The notes: generated from the letters alone by a model not told the origin. Numbered from the stretch's first letter, positions 23,449-36,941 are shown. The stretch: DNA of 64,000 nt from Schmidtea nova (GCA_044892505.1 CM097883.1:357678001-357742000); one strand, 5' to 3'. Program-made: numbers and translations.

Positions 23449-25849
23449 ATGTATAAAATGGAATGATTTGACTTGTCTTGTTTGTTTGTGAAATGTATGA
23501 GAATTAAATGTAATAAAACCCGGATTCATTTGAAGCTGCAGATGCGCTAAAATAAAAATTACCCTAGGACAATAGAAAAGAGCATGATTGGGACCGAAAG
23601 AAATCCACAAACACCTTCTATCGGTAGTGGTGGACCCGTGAATAAACAAGGGAATAGTAGCCGCAAGGTTGCTCACCTGCCTTGTCATTTCACAACGTTG
23701 ACACAGCACCAACATGATGAGTAGTTAGGGATACATCATGGGTGTCAGCGGGGGAATGTTTTTATGTTGGCGAGATCACTCTAACATATAAAATCTTAAT
23801 GATCTCAGTTGTCCATCGAACCAACACACCAGCACCATAATCAATGCTGAAACAGTTTTTTGTCCCCTAAATATCAACGATTCGCATTGGATCCTATTTG
23901 TTTATAGCAAGAAGTTTCTATCGTCCTATTTTATTGATCCAATCTATGCTAATCGACATAAGCCAATTAACAAACAATTGGCACTAAGAATAAACGTGGA
24001 ATTAAATAAATTCTTCAAATTAAATATTACTGTTTCCCATCAACCACATGTGCATCTTGAATATCAAAAATGTAATTTTGACTGCGGTCCATTCACTTGC
24101 GCTTATGTAGTGATTATCAGTAAAGATTGGAGTTTTCCAGTTGCATTCATTGAACAAATATGGAAAGAAGTACATTTATATCAGAAACAGTTACAGATTT
24201 CTAAATCAAAGTCAGTAGGCGGTGTAAATCTAAAAATGGACGTCTAAAATCAATAAAAAAAAGCATTTGCTAAGAACAATACAAATATAACCAAAATATT
24301 AAACACTCAAAAGCCATGTGTGTCATCAATAATTTGTAAATATTATTAAAATAAAACTGCAATTACTGTTTTGTCTGCTGAATTGACTCTTAATTTGATT
24401 GCACAAAATAATGTAACATTTAAGCAATTTAAAGGAATTGATCATATAATCGCTGTCATTCCTAAATTCAACGACTGGTGACTCTTCATCTACTCAAATA
24501 CCCTTGAAAACAGTCTCATGTTTCATTTCAGTTACCGAAACATTGACGATCGACTAATTGAAATCGGAGAAAAGATGACCGAATACCTCAATAAATTTTG
24601 TCATGGCCGTAATATTGAATTTAAAGCTGATCATGGAATTTCTCATCCGACTTTTTTCTCTTATGATGATCAATTGTTTGGTAGCTCTTTCATTGTTCTT
24701 TTCGAGAAACTTGTTTTTGGTAAAATATTGGAAAATGATAAAATATATGATTCTAAGTACTATAAAAATCAAACTTGTATAAAAATTACTCCTAGCCTAA
24801 TCTCTATCAATGGTAAAATAAGTGAAAAATCATCAGTGAATATTTTTTTAATCTAAATTTATCTACTAAGTTTATTCTTTTAAATAAAACCACGTGTGCT
24901 GCAATTTCACTCAATACTTGAAAAAATTTTTAAACATTGAGTGCATAATGAAAGCTAATGTTATCTTTGCAATCATTTCACCTCCAAAGGTCCATGATTT
25001 GCTCATGATAATCGACGACACAGGTGAGCACTATTTAATTAGCCCTGTGACAAATGAAGTTAATATAATAACAGAAGTGTACTGTCACAAAATATTTCTT
25101 AAAATAAATGATATAAGGGAAAGCACAGGACGTGCCTTTAAAACTCATCACTGTCCTCATGATGTAAAAGGTTTTGGATTGTTTAGTAAAATTTTAATCT
25201 GTGCTTTTATGAGAAATTATGCATAAGACAGACCTTTAGAGAACATCAACCTTCACGAAATTGCCAATCTGATAAATGTTCTTGTATCAATAGTTGATAA
25301 AAATGACAATATGATGGAAGAAAGACGTCAAAAATTAAAACTTGAAAATTCGTTAAAATTGAACTTAAAAAAACGATTAGAAAAGGTCAACCGACTTTTA
25401 GAAACACTTGAAAATTCGAGCATTGATGAAATAATCTCTTGTATTCTTTCAAACATTCCTCGTCTCGAAAATCTAAACGCAAGTCACACTCGATGCCCAT
25501 CTCTAGGTAATAAACCATTAAAAACTAGGAAACTAAGAAGCTCAGCAGAATGTTTAACTAATATGAAACAAACTGTTTATAGGATACTGGGTGATATTGA
25601 ATCGGTTGCTCCGTCATCCTAATGCATTTCCCGCAAGTTGGGAAACCATTTTAAAATTCATCAAGACATCTATTGCAATGCTTGTTTTAGATCCAATGAC
25701 AACTGGAGAAATTCGTACTAATCTTGAAAGCTGAAAACACTTCACCAGGGCTTGATAACTTTCGTTACAAAGACCTTCTGTTATTTGATCCAGACTGTAA
25801 ACTTTTAGCTTTTTATATAATAAAATCATTCAACTTCAAATAATTCCCA

Positions 25850-26702
25850 CAAGTCTTTTAAAACAATATTAATTTCGAAACCAGATAAAAAAAGTCAATA
25901 CCATAAAAGTATCATCTTGGAGACCAATTATTATCTGTTATTTACAAAGTCTTTGCTTCAGTCCTAGCAAATCGTCTTAGGACATGGATCAAAAATAACT
26001 CACTGTTACACGATGGCCAAAAAGGTGGTACGGAATACGAGGGATGTATTGAACACAATTCAATTCTTTCTGCGATTGTCGAACATTCGAAATATAGTAA
26101 ATCCTCACCTGTGACTATAGCTTAGCTCGACACAAAAGAAACGTTTGGTAGTGTTCCACACGACTACATGTGGACACTTTTAAGACACATGAACGTTGGA
26201 CATAAGCTCATTTCATTGCTGTAATAAAATGCAGACACCAGACATTCTGATAAAGAAAGGTGTCAAGCATGGTTATCCAATCTCAATGATACTCTTTTCA
26301 ATAGCTATCAATCCAAATCTTGAAGCTATAAGCTTGTCGAACGTTTATCCATTTATGATAGGGACTTCTCCTGTACAAGTGTTAGTTTATGCAGATGACA
26401 TAGCTCTAATCGCGACGAATACATTTGATTTACAGACATTGATAGACGTTGCCATCAGTACTGCTAATGAAATCGGATTTGAATATCGTCCTAAGAAATG
26501 CGCATATATTCAATATCCAAAGGTTGAAACTGTAAGTGAAATTGATGCCAACAAAGAATACATAAAAAAGATTACGACAAATGAATTTTTCCAATATTTG
26601 GGTGAACCAATAGATGAGAATAATGACCAAAGTCCCTATGAAATCGTCAGCAAAGTCATTGAAGACACTTATAAGATTGCTAATTCTGATCTTCATGGCT
26701 GA
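25850..26702 (+). pseudogene. non-LTR reverse transcriptase
   Basis: WRPI..LSVIYKVFASVLANRL, QKG...EGCIEHN, LD..FGSVPH, KGVKHGYPISMILF, LVYADDIAL, FQYLGEPI. Confidence 0.9.
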
Positions 26703-27226
26703 CAAAAACTAAAGGATTATAAAATGTTTTTGCATTCTCGGCTAATTTTCCCATTTAAACTTAACCGAACTATTCTGAAATTAGTTATTTTTATAATGCA
26801 ACGGAAACTGGTGGAGCTGGTTGCATAGATCTGTATAGATCACACAGACGGTTTAAAAATCCAACTGTTCGGAAAAGTTTAGAATGGGTTAATAGAAAAG
26901 AGAGTAAACAAAATCACAGCAGTGGAAAAATTCGCTTTTAACGATTACGAACATCAATAGCTTACTTTGCCAGAGTTCACAACATCAAACTATTATTTGA
27001 AACTGTCAAAGAAATACTTTCAATTCGAATCACTACAACATTAACTGGCACACGCATTTTATTACCAACTCTAAGAAAGGCGTTGTCAAAAATATTACAT
27101 TCTGCAATACAAGTTTCATATCTCGAAAAATGAGAAATGAGTAATCATAGTAATCTTCTCGTGTCTGCGATTAAACTGTCCTTTTGTAAATAAACTTATT
27201 TTCCGGAGTGATTTGACAGAATTCGA

Positions 27227-27830
27227 ATGGAAATTCGTTCATCGTGCACGAACAAACACTCTCAACATTTGCCAAACCATATAAATCGTCTGTGTCGCAT
27301 GTGTAAATCTGAGGATGAAACGATACTTCACGTTCTACAAAAATGTAAAGTCAATCAATTTTTAGCTACAAATAGACACAATGCAGGTATAGATAAAATG
27401 AAAAATGAACTTAAAAATTCAAATTTACTGGTTGGCGTCGATCACAAATGTTCCCTTGTACCGAACTCGACTGAACGCGTTGACTTTTTAATAACAAATA
27501 CTGAAAAGAAAACAATACTTTTAGTAGACATGAAATGTCCAATTGATTCTGTTTCAAACTTTGAGTTGAGTGACAAACTAAACTTGAAAAAATACGAAAA
27601 TCTAAGATCTGCGATACAAACAGTTAAACCAGACTTATTTAACTTATTTTAAATTTATTTAAATTTATTTAACTTAAGTTAAATTGTTTAATTGTATAAT
27701 TGGCTCCTTGGGATCATTCAAACCTAAAACAATAGATTTATTATTAAATATGGGGGTCCAGGAGAAAAGAATTAAGACACTGTTGAAAGATTGTGCAATA
27801 AGTAATATTGCATTCAGCTAAAATTTGGTA
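27227..27830 (+). pseudogene. CCHC knuckle plus restriction-like endonuclease of the non-LTR element
   Basis: CRMCKSEDETILHVLQKC, RHN, RVDFLI...LVDMKCP, KKYENL, then IIGSLGSF after a frameshift. Confidence 0.88.
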
Positions 27831-28224
27831 TTTTCATACCAATGGTTTTCTACCAAATTTTGTATAATTAAATATAAATAATATTAATTAAACAAATTTA
27901 AATTATTATAAAGTTTTGTAAAAATTATTTATTTTAATTATAAAAGTATGTAAATATTAATCCTCTTTTGATCTGACAATTCAACTAGTTAAAGTTAATT
28001 TTCGAAATAAAACATTCTGCGACAAAACCATTTATATTTTAGAAAGATGAATTCAACTGAGAAATGTCGCAAAGCTGGATAAAGAGTTCCAATGAAAGAT
28101 CAGATCCGCGAAAAGATGCAGCAGTTTTTTAACATATGATTGTTGTTGTAATATTCCATACTGAATATCTTATCTGTACCTGTAAAAAGACAAACTTGTT
28201 CCATTTAATAAAATTTTTAAATAA

Positions 28225-28480
28225 AGTACTTAATTTGACTTTACTTAATTTACATTAAATAAAAATATTTTTCATATATTAAGTACTTAATTTTGCATTA
28301 AATAAAAATATTTTCATATATGACCTACTTATTCTAAATTAAATAAAAATATTTAAATATATGACCTACTTTATTTGACCTTAAATTCACCTTAAAAATG
28401 ATCCTAGTGTCCTTAATTCGACATTGTCGTACTTATTTAACATTAGTGTCCTAAAACCATAAATTTGACCTTAAACTCAC
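28225..28480. repeat. AT-rich tandem repeat (about 42-bp unit, three copies) with gaccttaaa repeats
   Basis: ttaaataaaaatattt..catatat(gacc)tactt repeated. Confidence 0.55.
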
Positions 28481-30002
28481 ACATATATATAGTAATGAGT
28501 CGTTAATTTTTATTATAATGCAAAGATGTGCCTTTATTTTTTATCTGTTATTATTATTATTTTTGGCAAGGTTGTAAAACTTTATTATTATTATTATTAT
28601 CATATGTAATTTTGATTGTGGGTTCCCCCATGTGTGTTTCCCCTCTTATGTTTATTACATTTATTATTACTAAAAAATAGTAATAATAAACATTTAAAAT
28701 TTTTTTTTAAAAATCGATGATACAATTTTAGATTTAAATGCTGGATCAAATTTTTCTCTAGAAACCCGTTTATTGGCCAAAACAATATTAGAACACAGAA
28801 GCGGGGATCAATGGTTCCAATGGTATCAATCCTAAGCTACTATTAGAAAATCCAACTCTAAAGAAATATGGGAATCGACTAAATATCTGCGAATTCTCAT
28901 GAATCTTCCAAAATTACCGCCCATAATTTCTCAATTGAACACAAAACTCAGAGAACATCATCTTATTCCTTATGATCTATGGGCCACTTCTATGTGAAAG
29001 ATCGCGAGATTTTTATTTAACAATTCGCCATATGACTGAAAAACTATCTGTATTGCGTACAGTCAGGAGATTACTCATAATCGGAAATCATCAATAGTGG
29101 GATTCGACATCATTCGAAACAATTCTTCCATCAATCGTAAAGGAATTCAATTGTAAAGGAATTTAATATAGAAATTTCTAGGACAAATAAAAAATCTATA
29201 GAAAAAAATAATAAATACAAAATAAAAGTAGAAGCCTCAAATTTGAAACAAACAAATTAAAAAGATTATATCTCTGAAGATTAAAGTTTTAAAGTTAACA
29301 AAGAAGCCAAAAATACCAAAAAAAGTTAAAAAGACTACATATCTGATTTAAGTTGAAAGAAAGTATCGAGGAAAGTAAGAAAGATTAAACAACTGAGGAT
29401 TAAAGTTTGAAAGTTAGTAAGAAGCGAAAATAGTAAAGAATATCCCTAATACAGGAAATCAGAATAGGAAGATTGATTGTTATGTTGAGGTTCCCAGAAT
29501 CTCAACTTGGTATCTTATATAAATAAATAAGATAAAACTGGTTCAAAGAATTTATTCAAATACAACAAATACAAATTACCTAAAAAATATTAGAGATTCA
29601 CAATGTTGTTCCTATAATGTGTAAATATATATGCATGCGTGTGTATGTGTGAATGCCTTCTGAGCTCGATATCTTGTATGCTCGAAATTATTATTTCAAT
29701 AGTCGATAACAACTATGAAATTCTTCTTACGCAAAGATTTTATGGGTGATTTGATTGAAAAATCAGTCAGTTTATATACTAAATTTTAAGGCACTTAATC
29801 TGTCAATAATGATTGTTATTTTGCCTCTTGAGTTGATTGAAATTGTTTTTGAAAAAAGAGTTGTTTTCAAAATTATTTGAGATATTATTTCATTTTTCTG
29901 ACCTTTGTAGGTCATAAATATAATTTATTTAAACAAACAGTAATTTATTTATTTTTGATTTATTTAAACATTATGTATTATTTATTTATTTAATTATTAT
30001 TA

Positions 30003-32944
30003 CAGGTAACCCTCGATTAACACGGTACTTGAATAACACGATTTCGCTTTAACACGGTTAAAATATCGCGGCACACCCTTGTCTAACACGATATTTTTAG
30101 CACGGTTTTTATTTTACACGGCTTCAAAATTGATGAAAACCCTTAATTAACACGGTTTCAAAATTCAAATTTGTACAATCTTAGTTGACTTTTTTATGTA
30201 CATATACGTATATAAATAAATATATGTAATGTAATGTAAATTTTCAAATTTGTACAATCTTAGTTGGCTTGGTTTTTTTAAATATGTATACATATGTAAT
30301 GTACGTTTTCAAATTTTCTCAATCGCAGTAACTGTGTCTTATGTTTGTATATTTTATGTCCAAGCCAATCAAGTCATACATTACTGATTTCTTGTAGTGA
30401 AAAGAAGTGATTTTTAAAAAATAAAAATTGATTTTTAATAAATAAAAGTGAAAAGAAGTGATTTCTAAAAAATAAAAATTGTCAGAATTAAGTAAATTTA
30501 AATTTTAAATCATTTAAAATCAGATCAGTTAAGATACATTTAAAACCAATAGGATTTTATAGTGGTCGAGGAGTATTGAAGCAGGTAAGATCAAAACTTA
30601 CTTTATTTTATTATTAGAATAAAGATTTTATATAATTTTGTTTAACTCTATAATTCGCATTTCAAATTTTATTCAAGCTTTGCAGTTCAAAACCAGCAAG
30701 ATTTTTTAGTGGTCGAGGACTATACATATTAAGTTGAACAACAGCGAATTTGTAAGATTTTTTCTTAATTAATACATATTCTATTGTAAAATTCATAAAT
30801 TTCTAGAAAACTAGCCCATCATGCCGAAAGCAACCAAAACAAAATTAAAAAGGAACGCAATATCTCTTGGTCAAAAAGTTGAAATTTTAGATCGTTTAAG
30901 AAAAGGTGAAGGATCAACTTTAGTTGCCAAAGCTTTTGGATTCAATGAAGCAACTATACGAACTATAAAAAAAAATGATAAAAATAAGGAAAAGCGTTGC
31001 AGCTGCATCTTCCATAAGTGCAAAGAAAATATCTCATGCTCGAGACGTTATTATGGAAATGATGGAAAAAGCTTTAATGATTTGGATAGAGGACAATACG
31101 CAAAAGCGAATGCCGTTATATGGTAATGTTATCAGGTATAAGGCTGTTAAAATTTTTAACCATCTAAAAGAAACCAGACCAGCGCCAGCTTTACCTAGTC
31201 AACCATCAACTTCCCAAGAATCGTTTGAACAACAGACCCCAATTCGTGAATTTTCAGGAAGTAAAGGCTGGTTTGAAAATTTTAAGAAACGATTTTCTTT
31301 ACACAATGTGAAGCTTTAAGGAGAAATCGCATCTGCTGACGAGGCTGTTGCTAAAATATTTTCAAAAGAACTGGCCAAAATTATAGAGGAACACGGCTAT
31401 ACTGCTGATCAAGTTTTTAATGCAGATGAAACTGGCTTGTGTTGGAAAAAATGCCAAAACGCACTTATATCGCAAAAAGCGAAAAAACTGCTCGCGGATT
31501 TAAAGCTGCTAAAGATCGCATAACATTACTGTTTTGTAGCAATGCATCTGGAGATTTCATGACTAAACGACTTTTTATTCATCGATCATTAAATCCAAGA
31601 GCAATGAAATCTCTTGACAAAACAAAATTACCCGTGCATTGGCGTTCAAATAAAAAAGCTTGGATAACTGCTAGCCTATTTAAGGATTGGTTTCTGAATT
31701 GCTTTGTTTCTGAAGTAGAGAAGTACATGCTTCGGAAAAATCTTAATTTTAAGGTTTTATTGTTATTGGATAATGCTACTGGACATCCTCAAGAGCTAAG
31801 TCATCCTAATGTCAAGGTCGTTTTCTTGCCACCTAACACAACGTCATTAATCCAACCCTTAGATAAGGGTGTTATATCAACATTTAAGGCATACTACATC
31901 AGGCGAACGTTAGATGAAATGGACTCAGATTCCAGCTTAACCGTCAGTCAAGTATGGAAGAACTTTACAATTTTGGACTGTGTAAAAATAGTTGCTTTGG
32001 CTGTAGAGGAATAACGACCTTCCACATTAAACGGTAGCTGGAAACCTATATGGCCTGAAGTGGTTCTACTTAATATTAGAATTCAACCAGTGGTGGATGA
32101 ATATCGTGCTATTGTCAATTTAGCTCATTCCTTAGGCGGAGAAGGATTTGAAGATTTGGCCATTCAGGATGTGGAAGAATTGCTAGCCGAACCAAATTTG
32201 GGAGAAGAGGAGTTAGTGGCGATGGTCAACGAAACTTATACGGATTTACCAAGTTCAGACACTGATACTGAGAGTGATGCCGTAGAGCAAAACTTCACAC
32301 TCAAATCATTAAGAGAAGGATTTGAGATGGCTAAAAAATTAGAAAACCATTTTCTTGACAATGATCCGTCAATGGACCGTAGTCTGAAAATTCAACGCGA
32401 GATAGAAAAATGCTTAGCTCCTTACCGAGAAGTCGAGAAAGAACTTTAAAAAAAATCAAAAACAGGCTCTTCTCACTGATTTTATATCCATAATCCAGAA
32501 ACCACAAGCGACTAATGAAGTGTCAGAAAATTATTCAAGTGATGAAGAAGCACCAGTAAAAATGAATCAGCTACACATTACACATTTTTTCAGAGATTTT
32601 GAGAGTGATGTTTAAGTTAAAAGTGATTATGATGGAATTTGTTAACTTTATCTATGATCAATATAAATTATGCTATATTTTTATTTTGATATTTATGCAA
32701 AATGAATTAATTTATTTTACTATTCTTTGTTAAATTTTGATTTCAAGTCTATTTGTATTTCAATCTTCTTTTTTTGTACTGGATGCATGAAAATAATAAA
32801 AACTATCAAAAACATAAATCATTTTTTAAATTTTTTGGTACCAAACCCCATGCATTGTATTATTTGATAGTCTCGATTAACACGATTTTGATTAGCACGG
32901 AGTATTCTTGGAACCAAACTACCGTGTTAATCAAGGGTTACCTG
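30003..32944 (+). mobile_element. near full-length Tigger/pogo DNA transposon, 2942 bp
   Basis: 25-bp TIRs caggtaaccct(c/t)gattaacacggta (24/25 match), TA duplication on both sides, subterminal taacacg repeats. Confidence 0.95.
30821..32490 (+). pseudogene. Tigger (CENP-B-like HTH plus DDE_1) transposase with about three frameshifts and two stops
   Basis: ISLGQKVEIL, FSGSKGWFENFKKR, VFNADETGL, KDRITLLFCSNASG, LLLDNATGHP, FLPPNTTSLIQPLDKG. Confidence 0.93.
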
Positions 32945-33585
32945 TATTATAATTTATTGAATTAAAATATTAAAATATAAATGAAAATATAATCCATTTT
33001 CCAAATAGTTAAAAAAATTATTTTTTACATAAAATATTTTCAAAACAAAATATTTTTTCAAAATTATATAAAATTTTGTCCATCACCATAAAAAATGTCA
33101 ATAAATGTTCGCAATGTCACAAATGATAAATTGTCAAATTATAAATTGTCATGCTGATAAATTGTCAATACAAAAATTAATTGTCAACAATATTTTATTA
33201 ACAGAAACAAAATAAAATTATCCCATAAAAATAAAAATTGCCAGATAGTCCCAGCTTAATCACATAATTTTCATCATCATAAAACAAAAGTCAAATGAGA
33301 ACAACAGTAAAATATCATCATATAAAATCACTAAAATCATAATGTCGTTGAAGTTGATATTTTCCATTGATTATTGAATTGTCATTGCCATCTGATTCAC
33401 ATGTATATTTATTCTGTACCTTCCATTTCCTACTGTATAATATTTTAATTTTAAAACCCTTATTCTACGCCCATCTTCTAACAGTTAAAGTAACTTTTTT
33501 CATAGTTTCGACGTTTAATAATACATTTTTTCATAAATCAGTTTTATTGTTAATTTATAGTGTTTTATTATTCTTCTGTTTTTAA

Positions 33586-33720
33586 TTGTCGTAATACATA
33601 AATATACAAGCATACACCCCGAGTGTCTCCACACAAACTTTGGAAGACTCTCTCGGGCTCTAGAACTTCTCCCACACAACATCATTCTATCGCACATTAC
33701 ACATCCATTCTCGACATAAA
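33586..33720 (+). repeat. LTR-like dispersed repeat
   Basis: Shares the core aga(c/t)tct(c/g)t(c/t)ggg(c)(t/c)ct and CA-rich context with 41476-41770 and 43842-43990. Confidence 0.4.
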
Positions 33721-33799
33721 ATTAAACAGAAAACCAATTTTTTAAGAACCAATAACATAATAACTCAACATAATATCACAACATTATATGCAGTATCAA

Positions 33800-33990
33800 G
33801 ACAAGACGAGAATACAAGAGCATATATTTCAAGCGCTATATACATCATTCAGCTAATGGAATGATTGAAAGACAATTCAGAAACATAAGGGATGCAATTC
33901 AAATTTCCCTCGAAGATAAAATGTATAAATATTGGGCGGATTTACTGACAGATGGAATTTATGCTTAATTCGACGATTCAGAGTTCAAGT
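33800..33990 (+). pseudogene. Gypsy-type integrase core fragment
   Basis: HSANGMIERQFRNIRDAIQISLEDKMYKYWADLL..EFMLNSTIQ. Confidence 0.7.
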
Positions 33991-34420
33991 GTATCAAAAC
34001 TTTTAATTGTTAAATTTTGTAATTTACTCAGCTTCTAATTTATACAACCACGTTGAGAACTCAAATATTAGTTGCAAAAATCCAATCGATTTATTCTAAA
34101 AACCCGTATTTTTTAATAATTATTTATTGAAAACGAAAATACTTTTACTAAAACATGTCAAAAATAAGCATGAAAATACTAGACAGTTTGTATTTCACTA
34201 GTGACAAAAGATTCAAATGTCAAGATTAGTAGGGCATTGAAATGAAAGCATATAATTTAATCAGTACTCAAAGTTTCTAAAAATGACTAATCAAGAGAAA
34301 ATAGGTTTCGTCAGATATAAAAATTATGAGCATTGGAGTGGTAAATGCCGTAAAGGGAATTTTTATAAAAAGCCCGAATGTAAAGGTCAGTATCACCATT
34401 CTAATAAGAAACAAAGTAGT

Positions 34421-35520
34421 AGTGGATCAAACCAAACAAACTGCACAACAACGAGTCTTGATTCTGGATCTATAATCAGTAAAAATCAACGGCCTAGAAA
34501 AGGCGCCTCAAACACGCGTCCCAAAAAATTACCAAAAAAAAATTTATAATTTGAAATGCAAATTAATTAAATAACAAGAACTGCATAACACAGTTAAAAA
34601 TAAAGTTTTTTAATTGAATTTTTTTAATTAAAAGCATGACTAATATTTTTAATTAATGCTTATTAAAGAAAAACTTTAGAAAATTATAATATTTTTAATT
34701 TAAAATTTGACTCAAACAAAGCTTCATCAAAGGTTATAATAAAAAAATTTGATCATTGTTGTAAATTTTAACGAATTATCCGTATTCAATAATTTTTACT
34801 CAATTTTTTTCAACAGTTCCCAATAATTTTGTGTTACATTTTTATGTTCATAATAATGTTTATGTGGTCCCTCCATCATATATATCTTTATATTGTAATA
34901 TATTAAATATATTCATATATATTAAATTAAAAATATGCTTATATATAACAAACAACCAGAGTTGTTTAAATAACCAAAGAAAACCAGCAGAATTTAAATT
35001 TAGAATCAACAAAAAACGCACTGGCGCAAATTCAAAAAGCAATACAATTCAAGACGGAGTTCGAACAACAGAAGAAAAACGCAGCACCAAAATATTTTCT
35101 TTGCAATAAAATTTTGTTATCGATGATTATTTGTTCATTCACGATAGTTTTTTCTATTTCTAATAAATTGCAATTATGATAGATTCTCGAGTATTTATTT
35201 TCAAAAAAATGATGTTGCAGCCCGCGGCTCATGATACTAGTCTAACGCGGCCTTTAGGCCAGTTTGAGTTTGTGATCCCTGGCCTAGACTGTCAAAGATG
35301 CCCTCGATGTTAATGCAGAATATATTTTATGTCTATCCGGCTTTTATCAAATTAATTGTTTTTTACAATTAGTGGATCAAACCAAACAAACTGCACAACA
35401 ACGAGTCATGATGCTGGATCTATAATTAATAAAAATCAACGGCCTAGACTGTCAAAGATGCTTTCGATGTTAATGCAGAATATATTTTATGTCTATCCGG
35501 CTTTTATCAAAATAATTGTT
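34421..35520 (+). repeat. tandem duplication of an about 150-bp unit, first copy interrupted by a hAT element
   Basis: agtggatcaaaccaaacaaactgcac...caacggcctagactgtcaaagatg...atccggcttttatc: intact at 35371-35520, split at 34421-34499 plus 35282-35370. Confidence 0.75.
34500..35281. mobile_element. non-autonomous hAT (Buster-type) element, about 780 bp
   Basis: 8-bp flanks gcctagaa / gcctagac (NNNTANNN); degenerate TIRs aaggcgcctcaaac / gtttgtgatccctg. Confidence 0.6.
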
Positions 35521-36229
35521 TTTCTACGAATAAAGAAAGCAACAATGAAAAATTTGCAAGAAACAACGAGTTTACGTCGCTAATTAATAAGAATGCTCTC
35601 TCCAACTAATTAAAGAAATAAGTGTGTTTACGAACGGTTTCTATTTTTGTTTTTGATAGTACCCTAATCATATTCGGGAATCATGACGATATTGCTGGGC
35701 ACGTAATTAATTTACTAAGTAATCTATCAGTGGGTGTAACTGACTAATTCTCATCGCGTAGATTACTAGTGGCAGTGATAAAAGTCATGATCATTTGTAT
35801 CATCCTCTTTATAAAATTATTCGACATTAATAGATTTTTAATTTCGTTAGCGGAATGGTCGAATGTCATCTAGCTTGGCGGATTTCTCATACACTATGAT
35901 GTGATAGAAATAGCATTTGGCAGCAATTATATCCATTGATCAGCTTCTTTTTTCAGATTATTGTGGCGCAAGACAATACCTCATCTAAAATTTCAATAAA
36001 ACAATGATACACTTAACAGACGTAATTGAAGGAATGACTAAGATGGGAAAAGAAAACTACTCGACTTTTTCGTTCGAGTTAGACTAAAAAGGGTTTAACC
36101 CTGTTTTCATTCGTCAGAGAATGTTGGAAGAAAAGACAAAGAAAAAGGCGCATGCGTACGTAACTAAGCTTTTTACAATCTTTGTTAAGAGAGGAACCAA
36201 GCAGGGTGTTAAAGATATAGAGGTGTGGT

Positions 36230-36231
<2 letters not shown>

Positions 36232-36266
<35 letters not shown>
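36232..36266. repeat. (TA)n microsatellite
   Basis: Directly visible. Confidence 0.95.
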
Positions 36267-36268
<2 letters not shown>

Positions 36269-36941
36269 TCATCATGGAATATGACATCGAGCAAACTATG
36301 AAAAAGGGTGTCTCCCTGTTAGTGTCTCCCTGTTTCCATGTTAAGGTGCACTCAGTTTCTTTTCAAAGACTCACACTAAGGGTCATAAGTCGCAACTATG
36401 TTTTTACTTTGGTTACTTTTAATAATATTAATTTTGGAAGACTTCTTCTGCGACTCTGTAATGATCAAGGCACGAGATATACAAGCGATGTTTTCCTTTG
36501 TCCGGAAATGTTAAAATGAAAGACAAAGGAGTAAGGCGGATAAGCGATATTTATTCTAACAATAATTTATAAAATATCTTTATAAATTTAACTTATTAAC
36601 TGTAGTGCCTCCGTCAAATATCCTTATTTATATTTTTTAATTTAATAAAATTCTAATTAACATATTTACTATATTTACTATTTATAAATAAATGATATAT
36701 AATTAAATATAAAACAAAAATTTTTGTTTTAAAAATCAGTGACATCTTTATTCCACACGTTAATTCTTGACAATTCAATTGAAGACTTTTTATCAATAAA
36801 ACTACAGACTGATCATCATTTATTGTAAATTAAATTTTGTACACCCGATTGAAGACTATCAGAAATTATATCTTTCACCGAAAACAATGCCAACATCGAA
36901 TACTTTAATTTTAAAGCAAAAGAAGCTATCCACAGAAGATA

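Larger units (their letters stand above)
20717..23834 (+). mobile_element. LTR-retroelement-derived insert lacking gag-pol, carrying two accessory ORFs
   Basis: Bounded by TG...CA and direct repeat CCAT (20713-20716 and 23835-23838); GC content higher than flanks; PPT-like gggggaa at 23751-23757. Confidence 0.6.
20540..24247 (+). pseudogene. Ulp1/SENP-like (C48) cysteine protease domain in two parts (20540-20716 and 23839-24247)
   Basis: LDDLDPEMWFSYNGIDWYL, then after removing the insert PQTIINAETVFCPLNINDSHWILFV...FIDP...YQKCNFDCGPFTCAY; His, Asp, Gln and Cys catalytic positions present and frame restored. Confidence 0.8.
20050..27850 (+). mobile_element. degenerate RLE-clade non-LTR retrotransposon (NeSL/Utopia-like) with Ulp1-type protease, RT, zinc knuckle and restriction-like endonuclease; interrupted at 20717-23834
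   Basis: Domain order Ulp1 - RT - CCHC - RLE on one strand; 5' boundary approximate. Confidence 0.8.

Noticed and set aside
27830-28200. U2 snRNA or spliced-leader target next to the NeSL-like element
   Set aside because: No U2 5' sequence or known SL sequence could be found by eye at either end.
28780-29160. Coding-like island
   Set aside because: All frames inspected are interrupted by stops and no motif was recognised.
36100-36225. Non-LTR RT fragment (VKRGTKQG)
   Set aside because: Only a single short motif; too little support.
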